From Enoplolaimus lenunculus (Eukaryota), in NCBI GenBank assembly GCA_030248215.1, contig JASANG010001737.1:620001-684000 (forward strand): 64,000 nucleotides of DNA, written 5' to 3'. The position numbers and the translations under genes were made by a program. The notes under the pieces are model-generated. The model searched no databases, had not been told where the DNA came from, and was given only the letters and a program-made list of their open reading frames with translations. How positions within the stretch are numbered: the stretch's first letter is position 1; the number at the start of each line of letters is the position of its first letter. Below are positions 25,312 to 38,474 of this stretch, piece by piece.

Positions 25312-25443
25312 ACCATAACTTCTATGAAGACGAGCCACAAATAATGAATACACTGAAAGTTAGACGACAATGATAATATAAATGCACTTTTAGCACAACA
25401 TTGTACAAATAAAGCTAAAAAACAACATATACGAAGTTGTTAT

Positions 25444-25842
25444 CAGGGTATAAACGGATAGTAAAAATAACGGAAGCGAAAACGAATAGTATAATCATAT
25501 TAATGGCCAATGTATATAGAATAGGCCTGTAACAGAAGTATTAACCTTCACTCAGTTGCAGTCCCACTGGAAAACGTTTCGGCCCTGATCTTTGCATGGG
25601 CCAAAAAACCACAAAATGAGCATTTTAAGCATAAAAATTATTTTAAACATGTTTGAGGTTTAATTTTCTACGAAAACTATTGAAGCGTGCAAATATTCAC
25701 TAAAATACACATGACGCTTCAGTGATTTACAGCTAACTATTTCAAACGGAATAATAACGACATTTTCCTGTATTTCTATAACGGAAACAGAAACGGACAC
25801 CAATTTTTCCGGAAACGGAAATGAATATCCGGTTACACCCTG
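25444..25842. mobile_element. hAT-like MITE hosting a nested GGCC-TIR MITE (25505-25602)
   Basis: CAGGGTATAAACGGATA ... TATCCGGTTACACCCTG with AACGGAA subterminal repeats. Confidence 0.6.
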
Positions 25843-26847
25843 GTTTATGTACGTAGCTAAACAATGCTAATGCACGGCCAAGATACCATGGTGATTACTG
25901 GTAATTAATGCCATCCTTACCGATATATAGAACATGTCCCGAACAATGCTGTGTTTGTGTACTGCGGATCGGTTCCTCTTGGAAACATTTTGGCCTGTCT
26001 AGAATATTTTCAACCTTGCTTGTAAGTCAACGAAAACGCTTGTATGCCCGTTTTGAATAGTTTTTAACCCGCCTAACAATGTAAGCTGGCTACCGGCCTG
26101 GGTTGATGCTCAGATTTTCAGTTTATTGTATAGTGTTCAGATTTTGTTCGCGACCTGTTCTATACATCAGTCTGTCTAAGAAGGAGTATCGTTCCTGGAA
26201 AACATATGAAGTACAATCCGCTTAATAATTGCGTAAGTACCATATTAATGCAATATTTATTAAATCTTAAGCTTAACTGTAAGCCTAAATATAATGATGA
26301 ACGACGAATTGTCGAGTCGATGAAATTTCGGATTACGTTTGTCGGTCGACGAATTGTCGTTATACCTCATAGTAGTATATACATTAACCGTGAATATTTG
26401 CACAAAACTGCAGTTATGAACCATTTTATAGCTCTTGTACACCTCCACCCACATTTAAGCTTTTAGGCTTAGGTATAGTCTCCGTCTTGGGCTAGACTTA
26501 GGCTAAGGTTACAAAACACTTATTACTGAAACCTAAGCCTAAGCCTTTTATACTAAACCCCTGAGCCAAGCCTGAGCCTCTTGCAGATTTGTTAGTTTCG
26601 AAACGCAAAACGTTGTTTGTCGAATTTCGCTGTTCCTAACCTGTTATAGCAATTCAATTGTTTTGCAGACTAAACCACGATATATCAGTTTGCAACAATA
26701 TCAACAAACAAACAACCATATTGGACAAAAGAGATTTTTAGAACAAGACGTCAATCGCTTAAAAATATAGATTTATATCAACGCCAAAACAACGAACCCT
26801 GTATGCATACGCGTATTTTGCTCTGAAAACAAATTTGTACACAAAAT

Positions 26848-27067
26848 AGCCCGTATAAAGATCAGAGACGGAACGTTTTTCTGCGATACTGCCATTGAGT
26901 AAGCTTAACCATTAGACTAATTTTTTGGTCAGGCTTACGTTTAAGCGTATTCTTACGCTTAGGATTACGCTTAGGTCTAAGCTTATTCTTAGGATTAAGC
27001 TTAGGTTGAGACTTCGGCTTCACAACATGCTTATACTACTGTTACGACCCTGCTCTATACATTGGCC
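26848..27067 (+). mobile_element. TTAGGC-bearing MITE
   Basis: Perfect TSD CACAAAAT; family arms; degenerate TTAGGC core. Confidence 0.8.
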
Positions 27068-27899
27068 CACAAAATGAAACAGCACGTCAACATGAGATCC
27101 ACTGGATAGAAAATGAAAGCTGTAGCAGGCAGAGTCGTAGCTGCAGCAGCGGGTTCGTAGCCAGCCAGAGGGTTCCCATGGTGAAAATATTTGTCGCGTC
27201 CCTGGAAAGGATTTAGGCTCTGCTTGTAAGTCTTGGGTGACCACGAATCTGTGGAAGAGTGTATAGTTGACCTTGACATGTCATACAATGTATCCCCAGC
27301 AGCTACAATTTGTTGATTCTTCCCAATATGAGCTACTTTCCATGTTTAAGCTGTTTTTGCAAAGCAGACGCTGATCACAGCAGAAATCTGTAACCAGCCA
27401 ATGAAATGCTTAATTAAAGTGAACCTTTCATTCGGCTTTATGTTTAGAATTAAGGTGGCGTTATACTTGTCGTCCAGCGCCGTCAGGCACAGTCCGTCAC
27501 CGTACGGTATCGTACGTGAGTCAGTTGCGTCCGACACCGCATGATGATGGACGGCGCCGGACGTTATCCAAAGTGTAATGCCACCTTTAAACTTTAGTGT
27601 AGTCACGATCAACCTTCACTGTAATTTGTTAAATTATATACATGAGCTCAGGGGGGGTGGATTGGCCATTTGGCGTACTGAGCAAATTCTCAGTGCGCGG
27701 TTTAGTATTTGAGAGCCACTCAACAAAAAATCTTGGGTTATATAATTATTTTTCGAAATAGTCAGGGACAAGACGGTTCACATATCAAAACGACACGGCC
27801 TATACTCGGTTCAACCGTGTGTAAAAATGCACGAAAACCACGCCAACAAGGCCACGCCTGAGCAATACTCTGCCTTTAGGATCTCACATAAAGGCGCCG

Positions 27900-30800
27900 T
27901 TACGCGCAACCACATCGAGTCACAATCATACCCGGAACTTTGGCTACCATGACTTCGTTTTCTTCGTTGAAATAAATCATCAACATATCGGACATATCCG
28001 CCGGCGTACAACACGGACCAACGCCGACACTTTGTGTCACATGGGTGTGAAGGTATTGTTGCAAATGGCGATAAGGGCATTCGCCGGAACAATAGTAGGC
28101 CATGTAGCTTTTGGGTGCCACTACCCAGTGCCAACCAAATTTTTCAAAATCGATCACAAGCCGATGCCGACAACAGCGCGTTTCAGTGTCGACGCTGCAG
28201 TCGAGCGTTGCGCTCGCTTGTCGCTTGGCACGCGAGCGCCCGTTGTCTGACATTACTAGCTCTAGATACATGTTCTGAAATATGCGAAAAATTATTAAGT
28301 ACTCTCAATTGTTGTCACAGCTGCGGGATACCACTAGTGGATTCAGGGACGGGCGATAAGGGGGCGGGGTATACGCCCTTCGTCAGAAAAGGTCTCGTAA
28401 TAAAATGGTATGGTCCCTCATCGTACAATTTGTCTCACTAACAAAATTGGCGCGAGAAAATTGGCGCGAGAAATTTGGCGCAAGAAAATTGGCGCGAGAA
28501 AATTGGCACATATATAGCATACAGTAAAAATTGCGTTTCATAACTTTTGTTCCTGCACGCTCTCATCCGCCGCCAATTTCTGGATCAGCCAGTGCGGAAT
28601 GTGCAAAATTTTTTTATTCAGTTTATACGGCTGGGTAACGTGTTTATCAAAATTTCAACTTCAAACGTTTTAGCCCCGCTTGTCAATACGTCAAGTGCCA
28701 TTTGCTGTACATACCCATTGTCAATTTTTTCGCGTTCCCTTTTCAGCCGGTTTTCCTGACTACGCTGGTGGATCGTGTATTTAATTTGGGCACACCGATC
28801 TTTGCTCCCAACACGAATCAAGACTAAGATTTGGTATAAAAGTTCAACACTAAAATGGCGTTCGATAATTCTCGATGGCTGTTTCAATCGCATTGTTTTT
28901 CAATTATTCTACTTCGCGTGGCCAATGTTTCAGAAATTGCTCAATCCACCGCTGTGATTGGCTATGCGAACTTGAGCACAACTTACATGAGATCCATCGT
29001 CTAAGTCGGTCGGATTAACCACAAGGTTTTCGCCGTTGTCATGTATGAGAGACACATAGATGCCGTAGTTTTCTGCTGGTCGAGATAACCAATTGTCGAC
29101 AATTTTTCGAACGTTCACTTTTTGCCAATGACCTCCGAGATGTGAGCTCAATTTGATTTGTTTAGTTCGGATTAATTCCATCTGGTTTAAGGAAATTGAA
29201 AACAGTAAATTATAATTTCATTACGTAAAAATTTCAATTTGAACCACATACTGTATTGACCCGAATAAAAGGGGCGGGGGCAATAAGAGGGGGTCCCCAT
29301 TTTGGGTCCGAATCAACACGAGTCCGTATCCCTAATAAGAGTCCATAAATGTCAATTAACCCTAATTGTTGCGCATAAATGACTCCAGGACCAAATAAAT
29401 TGAGTTGAAAACTTAAAAAGCGTACTTAAATTTTGAAAGTACATTCCTATCGCTCAAGCTAACGACACAAGACAAATAAACGTTTAATTCAACGGATAAT
29501 TGCAGTACGGGATATATATCAGTAACGAAGGGCGGCGGAGCCTGGGTTAAAAATACATAACAGTCCGTAAAACCGAATAACAAGGGGGGTACCCTATGGA
29601 GAGGGTAAATAAATATCAGTCCCCCCTCTTTTTCAGGTCAATACAGTATTGACTATTAACAATCTTATAAGGCAGACCCGTAACACTTAGAAGTATTTTA
29701 AGCTTAGGCTTAGTCTTATGATTCTTCTTAGTCTCAGACATAGGATTAAGCTTAACTTTAGGCTTAAAATCATTCTTAGATACGGGCTTAGGATTAAGCT
29801 TAACCATAGGCTTCAGATCATTCTTAAACTCAGGCTTAGGCTTAAGCTCTGCCTTAGAGTTAGGCTTAGGCTTAAGATCATACATAGACTCAGGCTTAGG
29901 CTTAAATTTAGGCTTCGGCTTAAACTGAGGCTTACACTTTGGCTTAGGCTTAAGATCATTCATTCTTAGACTCCGACTTAGGCTGAAGCTCAGGCTAAGA
30001 TTTATTTGGCGTACGCTTAGTTTTATTGTTCCGCGTAATTTTAGGCTTATTCTAAAGGTTACACTTAAAGTTGTCGGGAAGTAATGCCCAGTGTTAATTT
30101 TTAACTTCTGGCATATCGCAAGCCTGATTTCTGCATACAACAGCGTTATATATCAGATATTGTTCGATAGAACCCAATGCGCATAACCAAGGTCCAAGGT
30201 CATCGTTCGAACGGCGGACCAGCCTACGACGAGCGCATTCCTATTAACTTGCATTGTACAAACTTTACTATACCGATTGCATCAACACATTACACGTTGT
30301 TAATTATACTTTATCCATAAGAAAATTGACTGCAATCGCAATCATTAATAATCGCATTAAAAATAAAACGCTATTTTAAGCGAAAATTTTTCAATTTACT
30401 ATTTATAACCCTTTCTCACATTGAGTTGCCTGTAAGCAACTCAGCGCAGTGCATATACGTTAAATAGTATATATCGCACCGTGTTTAACAATTGCAACAC
30501 GTATACATAGTACTAAATCACCACAAGACGTGAGAGCCCCCTCGGGCTCGAGCGTCAAGCTCCTATAGCTGAGTGGTGATGGTATACGCCTCCCACTCCA
30601 GTCACTGGAGTTCGAATCCTAGCATAAAAGTAGGTCTCAGGGAAAATAGAAAATATTCATGTGATAAATGGTTAAACGTTTTAAACTATTTTAGCGCTTT
30701 TGAATAATTTTCGCGTTATTCAGCAACATTTAAACGGATTTTGCTAAGCGAAGAACCTCTAAAATGAATTGTTCGCGATAAATATCAAAATGCTTATGTT

Positions 30801-33800
30801 AGCAAATTTTAGCGTTTATTAAAACGCTATTTTCTATAAACACTATTTTCAAATCACTAAAAACGTTTTGTATTTTTGTCCACAATTTCCAAATATTTGG
30901 TCTGCTTCTAATAGCTCAACCGCTGCTAAGTTTGAGCTTTACGCATAAGGTGTGTTTCTTTTGATTTTACTTCACTAACCTCAGGCTGATCAGGATTTGC
31001 GATGCTAGTGACCATAAAAACGTTGAGTTCGTATGCTTTGGCAGCAAAGTTAATTGAATTTTCGCCAATATTCGTCGCACTTTGATGATTTGTTTGACCG
31101 TCGTTTTGAGGCTGCGGTGGCGATCGAATGTAAACGTGTAAATGAGCGCTAAGCGAATCGAGTTGTAGAGTTCGGTCAGAAAATTTGAAATAAGTCACAG
31201 GTTTTGACGTCGCCGATAAACCCCATTCGGATGGCGCTGAAAACAAAATGTTTTCAAATTTTCAATTTTGAACCGGGATCATAGTAGAAAACGTGCTCAA
31301 GTAATTAGCGCAGGCATGGATCTAAATTGGCAAATGTTGACATGACCTGTGTTTCCATGGTTTGCTTCGTTATGAAATGAACCAAAAACGAAACCACAGC
31401 GTCGACTTGGGGCTCGTAGCCAAACAGTGGCCACGATTTTCATGGAATAGTTTAATCTTTGCTTTTAAGTCAACGAAAAGCCTTGTAAGCCCATGCTGAA
31501 AATTTTTTTAGCCCCTCCCTTCAAACAAGGTGAGCTGGCGTTCGGGCCTGATCAGATGCCGCTGATGTTTATGTTTAGGAATACTTTATTTTGTGAACTT
31601 AACCTGATACTTGGTTTTTATTAATTTTATAACAGATCCCGTTAAACTGGTCAGCGTATTTAATATTTTCGGAATCGGCCAATTTTTTATGCTTATTATA
31701 AGCTAAAACTGTCCGAATATTATTCGACGGTGGAAAAATAACTAGCGCCTGAAAAAAACCCAGTCAAAAATTGTGAAACTGTATATATATTATGCTTTTA
31801 ACGTGTTATCCCCAAACATAGCGGTCTAAACCTAAAACAACCATCTTGTGTTCAGAATTTTTTGTACCCACGATTTTGCATAGTTGGCCTTTGTATAATC
31901 CGTACCACAGACACATGATGGGAGCAGCTACCCTCATACCCTCTATTTGGGGGCACCCACCCAAAAGAGGGCCCCCCAGCTTAACAAGGTTTAAAAAAAA
32001 TTGAAATTTATCTTGATCATCGCAAGCGGCTTCCATGCTTGAATTCTTTTTCGAGGGGCAACCCGAGCCTGCTACAGCATTGCACAATCTTGTAAATTTA
32101 AATATTTCATTTCCCTCACACAAATTTTAATTCTTAAATATACATGCAATATCAGTTTTAAAATTTACACTACGTTCTCAATTAAAACTGGTGACGGTGC
32201 AAGTATTAATTATGCTTCCGCGATAATTTTTAATCCAATTAACTAACATCAGTTTGCGGACAACGTGACACCGCTGAAACCTGGTTTGTAGCCCGGCTAA
32301 GCATAGCCGGGGGATAAAATCAATTTTAGCAACGGTGGTATGCAGTTGATTTCTCAAGACTTAATACAATCTTGGCAAAACTTTTCTACAGGCCAAACAT
32401 TTTTACAGTGAGGGCTGAACCTTTGCCGCCCCCCCTTGCTTCGCTGAGCGTTCAAACAGTTTCCAGTAATGATTATCAAATTTGTATAATATTTAATAGT
32501 TTAAATTATCCTCAAGTCACCCTATTACAGTTTCAGTTAAGATTACTTAAGCAAAGACGAGTCATTCAGAGTCAATTAAATTCCGTGTCTTTTGTTTGAA
32601 CTGGTGTTTACTTTCTGTTTACTGGTCACTTGAAAATTTTTATATATTTTCACTCTCTCTGTTGAATCGCTTAATTAAATTCTATTCAACACTTAAACCG
32701 TTAAGTTACTGTCGGATAAAATAATTGAAATTTTAAACTCAAATGCACTTTGACGCCTTGTGCTCCGAATTGAGGAACATACGTAACGGTTTTGTCGATA
32801 CTATTTAAAATGTTCCATGGAACAGCAAGGCCAAAAAATGGGTAGAAAAACTCAGCGCCCATGTATAGAACAGGGCCGGATCGTTTTGCGGCGGGGCTGT
32901 AATAGAGTCAGTTTAAGGTTTGGACAAACTTTTTAGCTTAGGCTTGGGCTTAGGCTTAGGAATATGGTTATACTACTGTTACGGCCCTGTACTTTACATT
33001 GTCCAAGCACAGAGTTAGACTTGGTTAATATTTTAAACAACGTGACACATAAAACACATAAAATAATTATTTGAGCCTCAAAATTTCGGCAAGGTTTAAA
33101 GTTATTGAAGTTTCAAATTTTACACGAACAATTTATTCTTAGGTGAAAAAATTCAGCTGTGCTTTTAAGCCTTAAAATTTCAATACATTATTTTTCAATA
33201 TGCACCGATGAACAGAAATTTAATATATTTTATGAACAAAACATTAAAATTTTGTAAAACTGCAAAATTTCACTACCGAAATTGCTCGAAACTTCGGCGA
33301 AACTTCTACCGGAGCCAGAGTCGCAGGTTGACTTTTTGCCGGAACCGGAGGCATATATCTTGTTATAGCTTGTCTGTCACTATCATTTGAGCGACCTTTT
33401 TAATTTTGAGTTATTTTTTGAGCAAACAAAATAATTCTACAATTGAACTCAGGCCAAAACTTTTTAACAGCAACTTTTTTCAAGTTCTATTAATGCGTTA
33501 ACACTGAGACTTATTGCACCAAATTCAATGTTCTATTTAACCCACTGCAGGGTTGCAGCAGCCACCCCCATACCGTCCATTTTGGTAAGGGGGGCATGCC
33601 AAAGACGGGCCCCCACCCTAAACAGATTTTAAACAAAATATTTGAAAAATTATTTTGACCATCGCAAGAGGCTTCCACCTCAGATTTTTTGAGGGCCTCC
33701 AGCCGAGCCTGCTCCGGCACTTATTCAACCGTAAGTTTATTAACTTAAAATTTAATATAAAATTAAATATAAAATTACGCGACATCCGGCGACACCTTTC

Positions 33801-36084
33801 ATTAAATTACCACTCAAAGTCAATAGAAACTCTTGGCAAATATTTAATTAATATCTCGATTTTGAGCAAAGAGTGCATGGAAATATAATTACTCAACTCA
33901 TCGCAAGAGTGCTGCACATTTTGTTTATATTAACCTTTAAATAATCATTTCAGTTGAAGTGAACTGAAATATAAGAATTGAACGAAAAATCGTAAACATT
34001 CTCACAAAAAATGTAACACCCGGTAGAGTCGTTTTTGAAACGCCGACAAGGGCCCAAACCGGTTTGAACGTCAAGGTTTTGCCCACTAAAAGGAACATTT
34101 TGGCCCTCGACAACGCCACCGAGTGTCGTTACATAAATACTGCTTCTAAACTGAAAATACTTTGGAGACGAAAATTGCTGTCGTCAGACCTTTAAGCCAC
34201 GTTGAACTATGAGATAAGCATGTAGACCATGGTTGTTGGCCAGAAAAAAATTTACCGGAAAAAATGGTTTTTTTTCCATTTTTTTCCGAGGGGTGGTGGA
34301 AAAAAATGGAAAAATATTAAATGATTCTTAAATGTAATTTGCAACTAAATATGATATAAACTAACGTTTTTTAGATGACGTGTAACTAATTCACATGTAA
34401 CACATTAACAGGGACCATGTGTTTTACGGAAAAAAACAACCCTGATGTAAACAATGATTGCTGTGAAACTGCACACAACCATGCAAGCGAGCGAGAAGCC
34501 AACGAATGAGTTTTAAATTTGAACTGGAATTCGGCAATTAATGTTTTTTCACGGGCAAAATTTGAATTTACAGTTGCATCTGAGTTGAAGAAGATCGAAA
34601 TTTTCGTTGAATTAAAAAAAAACTAATTTTTCCATCAAGGGAAGACTAACATAATTTTAAAAAGAAATTCTTTCTGTCAATGGAACTTTAAAAAAATGAC
34701 AAAACCGGAAACGAATAGTGATCACAACGCCGGATACAGACAACTGACATTGAACTATGAAAGTTCATTTACGGTTGTATACGAACGCCGCTGAGAGGAG
34801 CCACGCGTTACCGTACGCAACCAAATAGACTTTGTATGTATTTTTGAAAACAGCGCATAGCGTCGCGTTGAAGCGTACGGCAGTGCCCGTCACAGTAAAG
34901 TATAGCGCAACCCTAACTCGTAGCTTAAAAACACAGACCGACGTTAATTATAGGTGCCTATCCTCCGAGAGATAGGAAGATTGACAAGCTTAACGGCAGG
35001 CTTAGGATTAGGCTTAGCTTTTAGTAGATAAACGGTTTGTTAACCTGGGCCAAATCGAAAATATCCTACCGTTATACGCGATCAAATAGACACGTTCAGT
35101 TTTCGCGTGATAATCTTCAGCGTTGTCGAATATGTTTCGATGAATGCGGCTGCCAGGTGCGTCACTCTGCATATTATGGCGTCGCATAATTGAATTCAAC
35201 GGACTGTTGTGTAACGGGATCGAGCGTGCTGTAATATTTGGGGGCCGTTTGAATCCAAGTTTAGCCATAATATCGCGTTTGATTTGTTGAATTCGATTTA
35301 TCTTCGCTTCTTCGCGCAACAAACACGCAGTGCAATTTTTTCGGAGATAACTTGCAATTTGAGTATCTTGTGTAGCAGACGACAGTGCGTTGCGTTCGTC
35401 TTGAGACATATTGACGATGGAATTTTGTTCAAAGTCAACGATTCGCTGATTGGCCGCAATCAAATCGGACGCAGTGAGTTGGAGTTGTTCGCTTTGAGAT
35501 GAGCGTCGAAACGCGGCGAGTGACGCCGATGAAGAAGTTTGAGTTGCAGCTGCCGCTAGCGAACTTTGAGCAGCGATTTGTGGTGGCGCCCGGGAACTGT
35601 CGCGGTACGTTGACAGACGGATTTTATGAGTTCGGCGACGGCTTTTGTTGTCACTCCAACTGGTTCTACTTTTATGAACGTGTCTGCCGTTTCGTATCGC
35701 TTGCTCTAACGCTGAATTGTTTTGAAGTGAGCTGCTACGAAGCTTGTTAGCGTGTCTTGTCCGATGCCGGTGGTGGGATTTGGTTAAAATTTTCCGAATT
35801 TCAGACGACACTGGCGAATCTGAAAGCGGTTCAACGTGTAAACTTGTGCTACTTTGTACCAGACTGTTTTTAGTTGCTGAATTTGACATCGAATCGTCAG
35901 ACTGCTGATCTGCGTTTGAAGCCACAGTTGTCGAATTCTGTTGACGGTCGTTGGTTGCGAGTTGAGTCGCACGATGTTGTGCTTTGTCGTTGGTTGAAAT
36001 GCTCGCAATACAACAAGACACAACGGCTACAAGTAGCACCACAACAGCCCGTTGCCGTAAATTGATCGCAAACAGATGTTGCAT
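27900..36084 (-). CDS. TGF-beta ligand of the myostatin/GDF11/myoglianin group, about 613-aa prepropeptide, 4 coding exons
   Basis: Exons 36084-35070, 31236-30980, 29181-28987 and 28274-27900 join in frame (1842 nt). Signal-peptide-like VVVLLVAVVSCCIA; prodomain CTAC...RIQQIKRDIMAKL...PPNI and EDYHAKTE; furin site RAKR; 9-Cys mature domain (CCR..DFEKFGWHWVVAPK..YCSGEC..HTH..GPCCTP..RCGCA). The start ATG is inferred. Confidence 0.92.
28332..28594. mobile_element. hAT-like MITE containing a 15-bp AAATTGGCGCGAGAA tandem repeat (28445-28508)
   Basis: Imperfect TIR CACTAGTGGATTCAG/CTGGATCAGCCAGTG; four tandem units. Confidence 0.55.
29251..29646. mobile_element. Tc1/mariner-superfamily (Tc2/pogo-like) MITE
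   Basis: TA|CTGTATTGACCCGAATAA ... GGTCAATACAG|TA; homologous throughout to 49346-49789; partial end at about 24063. Confidence 0.78.
29697..30000 (+). repeat. Degenerate interstitial TTAGGC array with a higher-order unit, no TIRs
   Basis: GCTTAG variants alternate with AAGATCATTCTTAGACTCAG. Other TIR-less arrays near 23090, 23480, 26460-26580, 35000, 37235-37480, 51270-51300, 58365-58490 and 59105-59150. Confidence 0.8.
30409..30671 (+). mobile_element. piggyBac-type tRNA-bearing MITE in TGF-beta intron 2
   Basis: ATAA|CCCTTTCTCACAT ... GTGATAAATGG|TTAA; A box TAGCTGAGTGG at 30566-30576; B box AGTTCGAATCC at 30609-30619. Confidence 0.82.
32856..33004 (+). mobile_element. TTAGGC-bearing MITE in TGF-beta intron 1
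   Basis: GCCCATGTATAGAACAGGGCCGG ... GGCCCTGTACTTTACATTGTCC. Confidence 0.75.
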
Positions 36085-36731
36085 TAGTAGAGATTTGACG
36101 AGTATTAAGTGGTATTTTAATTGTTTTGGATAATTTTTTAGACAGTTGACACTGCGTAAACTTGTAATAAACGATGATGAGTTATTTCTACTACGAATTC
36201 TAAGCTGAACTTTAGTTAAGTTTAATTGCAAGTTTGCTGCAGTCGAAATTTTGCAACGCAACTCGTTTGGTATCAGAGATGGTTTTGAGCAATAGATCAA
36301 GTTATAAGGCACGTTTCGAGCACTGAATGTCGTCGGCGTTAAATGAATGCTGACGTCCAGGGTTAAACGTCACTGCTGTGCGTGTGTGCGGCAAGGATTG
36401 TGGGTAGATTCGGTGGATAATTATTCAATTCAAAATTTGAAACTAAAGACGCTAATTCAACTGATTGCTGGTTGATTGAAATTCGGCGAATTTAGTGCTT
36501 TGTACTGTATCAGGTATATTTTTGTAGTAGTTCGAACCGGTATTTTATACGCCGTTTGTGTGTTAAAATCGATACAGATGTGGATTATTATAGCAGGCGG
36601 AGTTGTAAAAAAAGTTTAATTTTTGTTTACTTTCTCATTGATGGTGAACCCAAAATATCTAAAAAAATGTAGCAGACGTGCTAAAATATTCTAAAGTTGA
36701 AGTCGTTCTAACTTAAAAATAGTAAGCTTAA

Positions 36732-36997
36732 GCTTTCAACTCATAGAGTATACTATGAGCAACTCAATACAGGTAATATATGAGCAACACAGACACTGTG
36801 GGCAGTGTTTAACAATTCTAACAAACATGTGCAATGCAAAATCTCTACAAGACGTGAGAGGCCCCCCTCATGCTGGAGCATCAAGCTCCTCTAGCTGAGT
36901 GGTCATCGTAAACGCCTCCCACCCGAGAGACTGATTATCGAATCTTACCTCGAAAGTGCATCTCCGATGAAATTGAAAATATTCATGTGAGAAAGTG
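36732..36997 (+). mobile_element. piggyBac-type tRNA-bearing MITE, about 650 bp upstream of the TGF-beta ATG
   Basis: TTAA on both sides; TAGCTGAGTGG...CGCCTCCCAC...TCGAATC; ends ATGTGAGAAAGTG|TTAA. Confidence 0.72.
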
Positions 36998-38257
36998 TTA
37001 ATGGAAAAATTCTCAGTTAGTATCTTTAAAACGTGGTTGAAACAATGTCGATTAGAAATAAACAATTGTAAAATTTTCGCTAATCAAAACTAAAACGTTG
37101 TTTTGCTACGTTCACGAAACGATTCCACAACATATTCTGGCAAAGTTAATTTCTCGGTTTTGTGAAAAGACACAGTTCATGATGATTGTTTCCACATCGG
37201 TAATACCAACGTCTCTTGTACACTTTTTTCTCATAAGCTTAAAACCTAAGCCCAAGCCCAAACCTAAACCTAAACGTAAAAGCCCGAGTCTAAGCTTAGC
37301 CGTTATCTTAAGTAATCCAAGCTGATTCCCCTCAATCGATACGACCCCCGACTCTTGTATTCTTCCATCAGCTTAAACACAAGCCTAAGCCTATGCTTAA
37401 GCGCTAAACGTAAGCTTTCATGCACGCACAAGACTAAGCTTAAGCTATAAACCAAAACCCAATTGTAAAGCCTAAGCTATGCAACAGTCAGCCAATTTGC
37501 GGAACCTATGATGAGGACAGTTATACAAGATCCATACCCCCCAATCAGCAGGACGTTTCTAAGCTTGTAAACACTGGTTTTGATTAATTATACATACCTA
37601 TTTTCAGCGACCAAGTAAATATTTGCTACTTGATTTGTGTGCTATTTCGGCGTAAAAAACGTATGCGACCTAATGTCAAAAAGTCAAATGTATAGTTGTT
37701 AGTTATCACCTGGTTTTTGGCAACTACAGTATAGAAGACGATATATATACGACAATTAATATCTCAGAAGTAAACAGCTTCTGTAGCAATTTTTCATTAA
37801 TCAAACACGTTTTGATCTTTACTTTTACACATATTTCAAGCCTAAATTTTGAGAGAATTTTTCAAATTTAAAATTGTCACATTCTAACCGCAAAGTTCGT
37901 CTATAAACTCAACATATTTGTCAATATTTTGAAATTTATTACCACTGGATTTTACATTAAATTATGACAATTTTTGCAATATTTTTTTATTTCATGGTCA
38001 ATCGCGAACATTTGAAAAATGTTGTTGCATACCTAATTTTTCAAGAAACCTTAGATAAAAACTACAATGCTACAGTTAGATCACAAATTTAAAATTATCC
38101 TTAATATTTCAACTTGCAGCCGTTATGCTTTATCATTTTCGACAATTCTAAAGCACATATGTTAGTTAATTTTGAACCAAAATATGTTTTGAGTTTTCAA
38201 AAAACAATTCAATTTAAAGATTTTCTCAATCTCATTGTGTTTAGATTATAAAAAGAT

Positions 38258-38474
38258 GGTCAATGTAAAGAACAGAAGCGGAACAGTATTATAAGCATAT
38301 TCCTAAGACTAAGCCTAAGCCAACGCTTAAGCCTAAGCCTAAGCGTAAGAATGAGTTTATTCCTAAGCGTAAGCATAAGCCTAAGCCTAAGCCAAACAAA
38401 AAATAGTCTAATGCTTAAGCTTACTCTATTGCAGTCCACAGAAAAATATTCCTTCCCTGATCTTTACATGGACC
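38258..38474 (-). mobile_element. TTAGGC-bearing MITE, reverse orientation
   Basis: GGTCAATGTAAAGAACAG ... (GCCTAA)n ... CCCTGATCTTTACATGGACC. Confidence 0.78.

Noticed and set aside
24693..25312. Mucin-like or Arg-rich repeat ORFs (PSVTHPA, RRRPSLT)
   Set aside because: A 21-bp stop-free repeat opens multiple frames on both strands and lies within TIRs; no splice or start support.
30559..30632. Functional tRNA-Gly gene
   Set aside because: A and B boxes are present but acceptor and anticodon stems do not pair; it is part of a repeated TTAA-flanked element.
36085..36312. N-terminal 76 codons of the 432-aa ORF as part of the TGF-beta protein
   Set aside because: Starts at a non-ATG codon; the first ATG at 36084 directly precedes a signal-peptide-like segment.
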